From Toensbergia leucococca (taxonomy: Eukaryota), in NCBI GenBank assembly GCA_022813965.1, contig JALDZS010000175.1, positions 1-49,141 of the forward strand: a DNA stretch of 49,141 bases, in the 5' to 3' direction. The translations under genes and the position numbers were made by a program. The notes under the pieces are model-generated. The model saw nothing but the letters and a program-made list of their open reading frames with translations, ran no database searches and had not been told where the DNA came from. The first letter of the stretch is position 1. Each line of letters starts with the position of its first letter. Below are positions 16,674 to 27,164 of the stretch, piece after piece.

Positions 16674-18785
16674 TCAATTACCCGCTCTTCTCTTGATCTT
16701 GCCCGGGAACTCCACATCCGGATGGACGACTCGCATATGTCTCGTAAGTGCATCGTTGCGCGAAAACGTCTTCTCCTCGGTGCATAGATGGCAGCGGACT
16801 TTCTGTTTCCTCGCATTGTGTATCGTGTCTTCGTGCCGTGTGAGATCATAGGACCTTGAAAAAATCGTATTGCATGGTTTGCCAGTTGATGGGTTGATGC
16901 GCTCGCATTTGTGAGGCCCGGCTTGGTTGTTCCGGTTCATACCCGCGGCAATCAAGCCGTTCGAATTTCCACTGGATGCAGGATTGCTATTGCTGACAGC
17001 TGCACTGGATGATTGGGAAACTACTTGCGGTGTCGACTGTCTGTGTGCTTCTCGTTTGTGCTTTTGAAGTTTGGCGGAAGTCTCGAATCGTAGAATGCAA
17101 CCTGAATTGGTACATGTGTATGACCCTGAATCGGCCATGGTATTCGGAGGTCGTACAATCTCGGGCGTAGTTTCTGTGAGATCGTTCTCACTCTTGGTAG
17201 ACTCCATCGAGGTCAGATGAGATGGGAACTCGGGAGCTTGATCAGTCGTACTGCGAATGCTACTACTCTGGCGTCTCGAGATAAAGGGATATTGCTGAGG
17301 CATCTGAACGTTTCCAGGAATGGCTGGAGGCACAAAGGTAAAATTGGAGCCAGATGGTGTAGGAACGGAAGAGGTAGAGAAGTTCGAAGAGCTCTCTCGC
17401 CTAGATGTCGCCATACTGCCATAACTGCGCTCAGTGGCGGGATCGTCGGCGTCGCTCTGGGAAAATTGTCGATTTCCGGAGTTGACGGAGGAAAATTGGT
17501 GATCGGGAGTATCGCGCTTTTGAATTTTCTCTTGCGGGAAGAGGGGCATCTTGGCGTCCTCGGTGGTTTCGGTGTAATCAAGAAGAGCCTCTTTTGGCGA
17601 AATAGTCCTTGGCGACACTAGATGATTCGACGAAGGTTGATGCTGTGCAATGGCAATGGCATCTGCCTCGGCTTTTTGCTGTTCCCTGATGTACGCAACG
17701 GATCCTAAGCGAGGCAAGGGCGAATTCGGGTTAGATCTCGAAGTCGAGTATTCCTCGGCGGCATATTCTGATGTTTGTCGAAATGGCGATCGCTGTCGAG
17801 AATTATTGCTCGCTGGCGACGCTGACCTTGCAGAAATGTGATCGTTATTCGCAGCCTGCAATCGCCGCGAGAACACTGTATCATACGGTGACAAAAGGTT
17901 GCTCTGATTGACGGGTGGACGCGCTTGTGCAACGGATGTGGCTGATGCTGGATTGTACAGTTCATCCTGGTAAATGTCGGACATGGTGCGATCGAGTTTG
18001 GGAACATTGCTCCGGACGTCTGTCGATGATCTCATCGATTCGTCATAACTGTCCCCGTACGAGGTCCTTCGTCTTGAAGATTGTGCGCTCTCCACCTCCG
18101 ATCCATTGTGTTCCATCAAAGCTTGCCTCATTGCAGACTGTGCCGCCATGAGCGACTGCACATCGTAATTGTAATTCTGAAAGGCAGGTGCGAGGAAAGT
18201 CTCTGGAAAGTGAGGACGGGAAGAGGTTGGCAATGGCTTGGAGTACAACCCAGTTGCAGAGAAGGCGCCGTCCAGGAAGTCAAGGTGGGACGATGCCAAC
18301 GGTGAATCTGAATCAACTATTTGGGGAAAGGTAGACGTTGGCGTGTAGGGAGAAGCAGGTCCACCTGATGCAACTGACGAGCCCGACGATGCTCTCTTGT
18401 GCGAAGACCGACTCGTTTGGGTATCGAAAGGGTGATGCACAGTATGTGGACTTAAGTGACTTTGGCTTCCGAAGTGATCCCACGAGGTCCTAGACGCAGG
18501 AGTCTCCTCGAGCATCGATGGTTGATGGTCTGGAGGAGGTTCGAAGCCTCCCGGGCTAGGCGTGGATTGTTGGACGTGAATGGGAGGATGGAGCGATGGA
18601 CTGGTCATGTATCGATAGTTAGAAAGATGGGAATCAAAATCAGGCGGAGAATGCGATTCGAAGGCTGCCGTCAAATTTTTAAGAGGGTTGAAATAAGATT
18701 CGGTGTAAGTGGTTGGATTAATATGTGAAGTTGGTATTGATGACAAGAAATCGTGACGTGAAGGATACGGCGGAAATGCTAGCAT
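16674..18785 (-). CDS. RPN4: Rpn4-like C2H2 zinc-finger transcription factor (proteasome gene regulator)
   Basis: 703-aa single ORF. C-terminal CNTIFSRSYDLTRHEDTIH...CHLC...KTFSRNDALTRHMRVVH matches the Rpn4 finger pair. An additional upstream C2H2 (CTNSGC...HKREAH) is present. Confidence 0.85.
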   Translation of the reverse strand: MLAFPPYPSRHDFLSSIPTSHINPTTYTESYFNPLKNLTAAFESHSPPDFDSHLSNYRYMTSPSLHPPIHVQQSTPSPGGFEPPPDHQPSMLEETPASRTSWDHFGSQSHLSPHTVHHPFDTQTSRSSHKRASSGSSVASGGPASPYTPTSTFPQIVDSDSPLASSHLDFLDGAFSATGLYSKPLPTSSRPHFPETFLAPAFQNYNYDVQSLMAAQSAMRQALMEHNGSEVESAQSSRRRTSYGDSYDESMRSSTDVRSNVPKLDRTMSDIYQDELYNPASATSVAQARPPVNQSNLLSPYDTVFSRRLQAANNDHISARSASPASNNSRQRSPFRQTSEYAAEEYSTSRSNPNSPLPRLGSVAYIREQQKAEADAIAIAQHQPSSNHLVSPRTISPKEALLDYTETTEDAKMPLFPQEKIQKRDTPDHQFSSVNSGNRQFSQSDADDPATERSYGSMATSRRESSSNFSTSSVPTPSGSNFTFVPPAIPGNVQMPQQYPFISRRQSSSIRSTTDQAPEFPSHLTSMESTKSENDLTETTPEIVRPPNTMADSGSYTCTNSGCILRFETSAKLQKHKREAHRQSTPQVVSQSSSAAVSNSNPASSGNSNGLIAAGMNRNNQAGPHKCERINPSTGKPCNTIFSRSYDLTRHEDTIHNARKQKVRCHLCTEEKTFSRNDALTRHMRVVHPDVEFPGKIKRRAGN

Positions 18786-21222
18786 ATTTTGTGATGGGAC
18801 CGAGGTGGCGTATCGTCAAGCAAGTCGGAAAGCGGTCGCTAGTGTCATAGAGGCTGATAGAAAATGATGGAAAAAACCAACGATTGACTAAGCGCTTTAT
18901 CAACCGCTAAATGATGAGTCTTTCTTGCAGAATAAATTTTTGTCCTGACACTGACAGAGTATTTGATATGATTCTGAGGTATGACATCACACTATTTCGG
19001 CTGCACCCAGTCCCTGCAGGGTCTAAAAACTGCTTGTACTTTCCTAGGCGAGGAGCGAAGAGCCGTGGAATTCGCTGGAAGAAAGAATTTTCCACCCCGT
19101 AATAATCCATGCGTTATGATCGCCGTTTCCATTATTAGATGACTGATGCTGTTTCCACGAGGCGCAGCTGGATGATGTGGCTAAGGTGAGGGTGGTAGTA
19201 ATCAATTCGATAGCTCTTTGCCTAGGAGTCGCCAACGGAAAGTCATACCACCCGAGCTTCGTCCATGCCTAGAATACTTGGATGCCCTCCCTCGGCCCTC
19301 GCGGTCTCGCTATGCTCACCAGTACGAGTAACCGACATAATTCCTCAGCTGTCATGAATGTTTTGAATATCCCTTGCGAGCATACCGTGACCAGGTCTCA
19401 AAGTCAACGTCGTACTCGTAGCATTATTCGGAACACTAGAACTACACATGACAGACAAGGGATTCTTGATTATAGCCATGGCTTAGCTGGAATGAATATC
19501 ATGATATGGTCACGGGTCCATGGAAAGAGCGACACGAGTCCATTAGGCCGCTATCTAATTGCCGATAGGTACCTTATGCAGTCGAAATAAAGCTGAGAGA
19601 TCCCGTAATGTTGCGCTTCACCACTTGCTTCTACAAAAGGCCAGATTCAGGTGGACCCGGCTGTAAGGTACGAATCCGGCTGGGATGCAAGTCGGATATC
19701 TGGCAAGTGGGAATTATTCTAGTAGAGATTTCCGGAATCCGGGACGTGGTTCTGTCAGAACTTAGAATCAGAATCTTTGCTAGAATAGTCTTAGCCCTCG
19801 GCGGCATCTCGTGGCTATGCTATGATGATCTGCAAAATGATCTTCAACGTTCCTTTAGCAAATTGTCAAAATCAGAGCGACTTGGTGTGGTAGAATTAGA
19901 ATAGAATCATTGGGCTACTTTGAGCGCTTCCAGAATGATACTGTAGTTTGATCGCCGTCCCACATCGAGATGAGACGCCTATTCTACCCTAATGCCGAAT
20001 CTTTGACAATCACCACCAGTGTACGATACACCTGGGTTGTACCTCGGGACTGAAGAACCGCGTCGTGTGTAACAGCAAATAGAGGCGATTAAGGTAACAA
20101 GAATATTCCCAGTACCTTCCGATACAAGATGATCAGAGAGTCTTATATCATTATTGTTAATTGTTAACCCAGTCTATTTTTTTCAATGAGATCTTTTATC
20201 ATTCTACAAATTTAGTATGAAGATATTATAAACCCCACATTTATTCAACAGTGAAATGATAAATCAAGCCTGAACTTTGACTTTTTTTTGCTTCTGCATC
20301 TCAAAATACTGGACGATGTAAGAGGAGATCTGCAGAAAATCCATCGCTGATGAGTACGTGTATATGAAGGAATGCTGATCAGATTCCTAGGTGGATTCTT
20401 TGAGTCGACAGGGTAAATTTTTCCAAGCAAGAGGTTAGAACAAGCAAGATTTCTGAGGGGCGGTCTACAACACATCACCCCAGGCTGAAGCTACCCAGCT
20501 CCTATCAGGCATAGCAGTCGATTGAGTGACAACCATACACTCATGGTACTGGGCCTCGGAGCGCCTACTGTATCGTAATGTTCTTTTAAAATCGTGGATT
20601 TTTAATGTTTGTTGCTTCTGAAGGACTTTCTTGCCTGATTAATTTAACGGCAAGTCTTTCCTGCGTATGAAAGATAATCCTTATGAAAGTAGGATTATTC
20701 TCTATCAGGATACTAAAGTGACAAACCCTGAGTGTTCGTTACGGAAATAGTCTCAACTTCAAGTTAGTTTGCCTACCTTATTTAAAGTAAAGTATTGCGA
20801 GACTCTTGAGTCATCTACTCATGCTACATCAGTACTCGGGTTGCCGTCACGGAGAAATCCATGTACAGTAGAGAAGGGGTCTGCATCTAGAGTGAAGATA
20901 ACCCCTCCCCGATCGGAGCAAAGCCTGGAAGGTAATCCTCGAATAATCACATGAAAGAGGCGCTGGCGCCCTAGAGTCATAATGGTCTGCACGAAATATT
21001 TATTCGAAAATCAGCTCGAGGCTGCGACTATCTAATATCATTCCATGCTGGCCTCTAACTCCCCGTTTCCCTATGATACAAAAACAAGAGAAACTCGCAA
21101 AGCCAGACCGTGCCCAACCCCATTGAGTCATTCCATACCAGAAGCCCATCCACGTCTCGCCTGGGTATGTGGGACGAGCTGGAGAGGACGATATCGTAAA
21201 AGTATGTAGAAAATTGATGAAT

Positions 21223-21701
<479 letters not shown>

Positions 21702-22433
21702 ATTAAAGGTAGAAAGATGAAGTAAGCTTTAGAAGCTGTGGGAGTGATAGATGCAAAGAGGAATTGTCGCTTGTGGGTGTATGATGGGGATCGTTGGATT
21801 GGATGGATAGTAGAGTCAGATGTTGGTGGAGTAGTGTTCTTAGAGTATTTGAACGCGCCCGGTTGGCAATCGTATCACACCTTAGACTGAGCTCGCTTAC
21901 ACTAGAGTTGTCGACATCAACATAGAAATCAGGTGGAATACCACTAGTGCACGATCTCAATCATGGATTCGGGGAGGAGACTTCTATGAATTGCTATAGC
22001 AAGTAATGAAAGCCTCGTGACTGAAATGCCGATTCTTAGCATTCCAGATAGTCATCGTTTCGTTACTCTCAATCATGTGAAGAAACAAGAATAGAAGATT
22101 GCTTTGTTGGCATTGGTTATCGCTAAGTCTCTGATTGGTTCATGGAGGCTGAGTTTTGATTTTCTCTCAGCCAAATTCGGTTGTCAAACAGGTCGCGAAA
22201 TAGCGACTGCTTTCCAGTTCATGTAACAGTGAATTACTCACTAGCGCGCTTTTCCTTTCGCGACTGCCTGAATCATCAGTTTCTTCGATAAACTACTTAT
22301 TCCCACATTCTCGCCTTCCATCTTACATCAACCAACCGACCACAACACCAAATATCTTTGTCATCAACCACGACTTCTTTTCATCAAATCTTCACCCAAA
22401 CTATCATCAGATAATCTATACAAGTCACAATCC
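21702..22433. promoter_or_regulatory. Divergent H4/H3 promoter with SCB-like and CCAAT motifs
   Basis: 732 bp between divergent ATGs. GTCGCGAAA at 22192-22200 and its exact reverse complement TTTCGCGAC at 22256-22264. ATTGG (reverse CCAAT) near 21798, 22112 and 22134. Confidence 0.65.
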
Positions 22434-23082
22434 ATGGCTCGTACCAAGCAGACAGCTCGTAAGTCATCATTCCCACCATCATGCATAAGCACGCTTGGAC
22501 CTTACTGCCGATTCTGTTTTGTGTCAAATTCGTTCAACTTTACCTCATCGGTACAATACAACTAACATTTGATCTTGATAGGTAAATCTACGGGTGGTAA
22601 AGCACCTCGTAAGCAGCTTGCTTCCAAAGCCGCTCGTAAATCGGCCCCCTCAACTGGAGGTGTCAAGAAGCCCCATCGCTATAAGCCTGGTAAGATCTCA
22701 ACATTTATTGAGGTTCAACTTAGACCAGTAAAACTAACACCCATCATAGGAACCGTCGCTCTTCGCGAAATTCGTCGCTATCAAAAATCCACCGAGCTCT
22801 TGATCCGCAAGCTTCCGTTCCAGCGCCTGGTTCGTGAAATTGCGCAGGATTTTAAGTCCGACCTTCGATTCCAGTCGTCTGCAATCGGAGCTCTCCAGGA
22901 ATCTGTAGAGGCTTATCTTGTCTCTCTTTTTGAAGATACCAACCTGTGTGCCATCCATGCAAAGCGTGTGACTATTCGTAAGTCTCTCAAGTGAAATGCT
23001 TTAGGCCTCGACTTACCAATTTCCTTTTATAGAGTCCAAGGACATTCAACTTGCCCGTCGTCTTCGTGGAGAGCGCTCTTAG
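22434..23082 (+). CDS. HHT1: Histone H3
   Basis: Exons 22434-22458, 22582-22689, 22750-22977, 23033-23082 total 411 nt. Canonical ascomycete H3, [35 protein letters not shown]...[17 protein letters not shown]. Confidence 0.99.
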
Positions 23083-23637
23083 ATGTTCCTTGCTTTAATG
23101 TCTGCATCAGACCAATCTCGACGACAATGAAAGGTTTCAGCTCATTGGTATGTGATCATGACCAAAATAGCAGCTGCTTGTCTCTTGAACGGAATATGGC
23201 AGATACAAGTCTACTTGCGTGGTTTTCCATTTCATGATCATAGGGGCAAGGTCATGGTGCTTATGTTTTCCACGGGGTTTGCTCAAGGATGGGCACGGTC
23301 TGCTTTGTACATTAATCAGTGACGGCGATCATTGAATATGAAATCGATGAAGAATAACAATACTCAAACCTCAGGTCTAAACTTTATGCTAATGTGATCA
23401 TCATGGTAACCGTACCAAGTAGTCACTTATATTCCGTACTGTATGGGTACGAGTATTCAAACTCTAACGCAGAGAGCCACATGCAATTATGCGGCTCCTT
23501 CGTCCATTATCATTGCTACCAGGGAGGATGACTGACGTACGTTACTTGCCAAATCTGACAGCCCGTCTTACTCATCAATAAGCAGAGAGTACTCACATCG
23601 TCAGTTTCATTCTCTGCGTTCGTCATTTACGCTGAAG

Positions 23638-24526
23638 ATGGGCGCGCTGGTGTGTAGCACTGGGCGCTTTACAATGCGAAGGTTTGCTAATAGGAAGCGC
23701 TATGCACTCATACAACGCTTCAAGTCCAGTACAGCCGAGGGTTTAAGGCCAGAAGCCCGGAAGATGATTTCAGAAGAAGTTAAGGTGATACATCCCTCGA
23801 AGATGGAATCCCCACCCCCACTCTGGCAACGTCTCGGGCCAGTCTCCAAAGGTTTCAATGCTTATGGTCGAGCTCACAATCGAAGACCATACATGACTCA
23901 AATATGTAGTTCACTTGCTATATACTTCTGTGGAGATCTGTTGGCACAAAATCTCGAAGGAGAAGATTATAAGTACAATGTGTGGAGGACAGGGCGAAAC
24001 ATGGTAATTGGTGGCATTTGCGCAACTCCTAGCTACATGTGGTACGTACCGACCGTTGACGATGTTGACCAATGATGCTTACCGTTAAACAGGTTCATCT
24101 ACCTCGGCCAGTCGTTCAATTACTCATCTAAGATCCTTTCCCTGGGTGTTAAGGTTGTTGTAAATCAGATAGCCTTTACGCCTGTCTTCAATACCTACTT
24201 CTTTGGTATGCAATCACTACTTTCTGGCGACAACCTCGATCAGATGTGGGAGCGAATCAAGCGAACAGTTCCCGTGAGCTTCGTCAATTCTTGGAAACTT
24301 TGGCCTGCTGTCACGGCGTTTAATTTCACTTACGTCCTACCAAAACATCGTGCTCTCTTTGCAGGTCAGTCACTCGATTGTAGACTTAGCAGGGGCTTGC
24401 TCATCTGATCTGGTATTAGGTGGTGTTGCCATTGGCTGGCAATCTTACCTATCTTGGCTGAATCAACGAGTCGCAACAGAGGAGAAATCTCATACATCTT
24501 TGGCAGCTTCTACGCTTGAAATATGA
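23638..24526 (+). CDS. Mpv17/PMP22 family membrane protein (Sym1-like)
   Basis: Exons 23638-24041, 24093-24364, 24420-24526. Motifs GDLLAQ, KVVVNQIAFTPVFNTYFFG, SWKLWPAVTAFNFTYV, GWQSYLSWLN. Arg-rich, presequence-like N-terminus. Start could be 23674. Confidence 0.9.
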
Positions 24527-25395
24527 CCTGCCCACTATAATACGACGTTTCCAATTGTTGGTAATCGCCTTCAGTACTTAGCAAACGTCATCCCACAAAA
24601 ACTACTTTTCCGGCATGGACTTCCTACTGATGCTGTGGCCTTCGCGCTCACTGAGACCATAATACGATAGAGGACGTCATTACAAGATATGCCGCACTGT
24701 AGGACACCATAAGTGAAACCTTTAGAAAGGAAAAGCTTTCTCTTATACTTCACTATTTACCATCAGAGGCTGCGGTGTTATTCAAACTAGGATTAAAGCC
24801 CGTCAAGAGGCTCGCAATGCGACGTATCCCACGATCTACTACGTCAGTGTGGAAGAAAAATGTGGCTAGGGTTCTATTGTCTTCTAGGGCGAGTGCTCTC
24901 AGAAGCTCTTAGACAGCCGAGGATCATTGGAATCGTCCATATAAGGAATGAAATTGGGTCAAGAGATATGACTTCCTACCTTTCAACGCATGAACTGGAA
25001 CTCGACCTAGGGGCGTCGAGACCCCAACAACCGAGCCGGATGCTAGAAAACGCTTTCGAAATATTTACTAGACATAGAGTAGAAGTTCCTGATAGACAAT
25101 CTATAGATACAAGATATGGATAGATGAGAAGACTCGGGTGAAATTTTCCTACTTAGCAAAGGAGGGACCGAGGACCGAGTGATTACTTGACGCTGCGTCT
25201 GATTCTACGAGATTGATTGCTGCTTGCCGTATGTCAAATTATCGTAATGTCGCCATTACGTTTAAGGCCTTGATGTGTAGATGAGTCGAGCTCGCCCGCA
25301 GTATCCGAAGTACGTGGCCTTGAAGCTAGCGATGCTGTCCGGTGAGACATCGATGATGCTTTCATTAACTTGAACCGACGGATTTAAATTTAGTC

Positions 25396-27023
25396 ATGGC
25401 TACCAATGGCTTGACCCTTGATCAACCGGATGGAAGCAGTGACTACGGCTCAGATTTTACTCCGGACGAGGAGGGCATCTTGAATGAGCTTCTGTCGCAA
25501 CTACCAGACCAGTCGAATAAGAAGAGTCCAAGCCGTGCGGAAAAGAACACCGAAGACAATGGGGTGCCAGGAGGTGCGAGGTATCCTCGCGCAATTGGTC
25601 ATCAGTCGCAGAACTTTGTACAGTACCTCTCGACCGCTGCTCTTGAGACGGCGGAGGATAGCCTTGCAGTGGAGATCCATAGGGACAACAATAGCTCCAC
25701 AGTTGGTAAGTCAGGTCCTAGCTGGCACATCAGAACTAATTGACAAGCAAGCGCCTAGTTGAAAGTGCCGAGTCTCGCTCCAAAAGACACGAGTCCGTGT
25801 CTGTCGAGCCAGCCTTCAAGCCCGAAGTACCAGACACGAGGTCACCACTGGAGCGATTCCGTACCAAACCGAAGAAAGCGCTCTCCGTGACGGATTTGAT
25901 ATCGCCGTCGTGGTGTGAGCTCCAGTATTGGTATACACTTACCATACACGGGAAGAAGAAGCGCACGCCTGCGATGAGGCAAGGGTCTGCAGTGCACAAA
26001 GTCTTGGAGGATCAGGTCTTTCCCGTGACCATCAATGTGGATATTCAATCAAAGGAAGATGGCTGGGGGCTACGGATATGGAACATCATCCAAGGTCTAA
26101 AAACACTGCAGGAGACTGGTATGACCCGGGAGCTCGAAATATGGGGTATTATCGATGGACAGGTAGTGAATGGAATCATCGACGAGCTCTCGTACATATG
26201 CCCGGACCGAGAGCTTGAAGAGAAGGTCACTGCGAGAACAGCGCACTTTGAGGCTAGAAAGGACATCCTTGCGGCAGATCAGACGTCAATCACGGATTTT
26301 CTAAGCCCGACTCGCAGCCAGAATGAGGTAGGTGTGTTGAGGAATTTGCAGTCCATGCTGAAGAAAACCTCCAAGGTCTACGTCACGGACGTCAAGACCC
26401 GGGGCGTGAGAACGATACCCAAAGGCGTCGCTTTCCGTCCAACCCTGTTGCAGCTAATGTTATATCATCATCTGCTTTCTGACATGGCAACTAATAAAGT
26501 AGACGCTGGCATTCTCTTCGGCCGTTATGAGCTCAATGCAGCAGCGCAGTTCAGCGACAGCTTTATTGCTCAAATTGGGAGTCTCAATGAAGTTTTCTAC
26601 GAGGCCGCGTCTGATCCGTCTCAAAGTCAAGAAGCAAAAAATTCTAGCCAGGATTCCATGCAGCTTCTCCTGGAACACAATTCACTCCATCAATTGTGGG
26701 GTCTCATGGTCCGAGAATTTCGACATACAATGCCTGCAGGTATCAATAGTATCGGGAATGTTCTAAAAGCGGAGTACAGGGATCAAAAAGACGGCTCAGT
26801 ATTGGGTATCAAAACTTTCCTCTACGATAGGGACGTGATGCAAACCTACCTTGACAACGAAATGAGTTGGTGGAAAGGAAAAAGGGAGGCGCACGGTGTC
26901 AACATTGAAGAGGCATACAAATGTCGAATATGCGAGTTTGCCGAGGGATGCTCATGGAGGAAAACAAAAACCGATGAAGCAACACAAGAGTTTCGAAGAA
27001 TGAGGTCAAGGAGCGTAGTGTGA
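25396..27023 (+). CDS. EXO5: Exonuclease V (Exo5/Dem1 family)
   Basis: Exons 25396-25705 and 25759-27023. Motifs LSVTDLISPSWCELQYWY, GSAVHKVLE, TRELEIWG, GIIDEL, DVKTR, QLMLY, and C-terminal KCRICEFAEGC (Fe-S cysteines). Confidence 0.92.
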
Positions 27024-27164
27024 AAGCGTCCGCTCTCGGGGATGATTTATCGCTTGTCATACACATCACAACAAACATAATACTCGGAGCTTCCAAGCCT
27101 CTGAAAGGCTGCTGGATTTTACAAATTCGGAGAATGTTCCATGAAGTCTCCGATCCTGTTCATC

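Noticed and set aside
18535..18551. GGAGG-TTCGAAG-CCTCC resembling a tRNA T-arm
   Set aside because: Lies inside the RPN4 coding sequence, with no D-arm, anticodon arm or acceptor stem.
19282..20954. Short ORFs between RPN4 and H4
   Set aside because: No recognisable domains or convincing exon chain; treated as regulatory or intergenic DNA.
24571..25123. Short ORFs and possible snoRNA-like boxes between the Mpv17 gene and EXO5
   Set aside because: No complete C/D or H/ACA architecture and no recognisable protein similarity.
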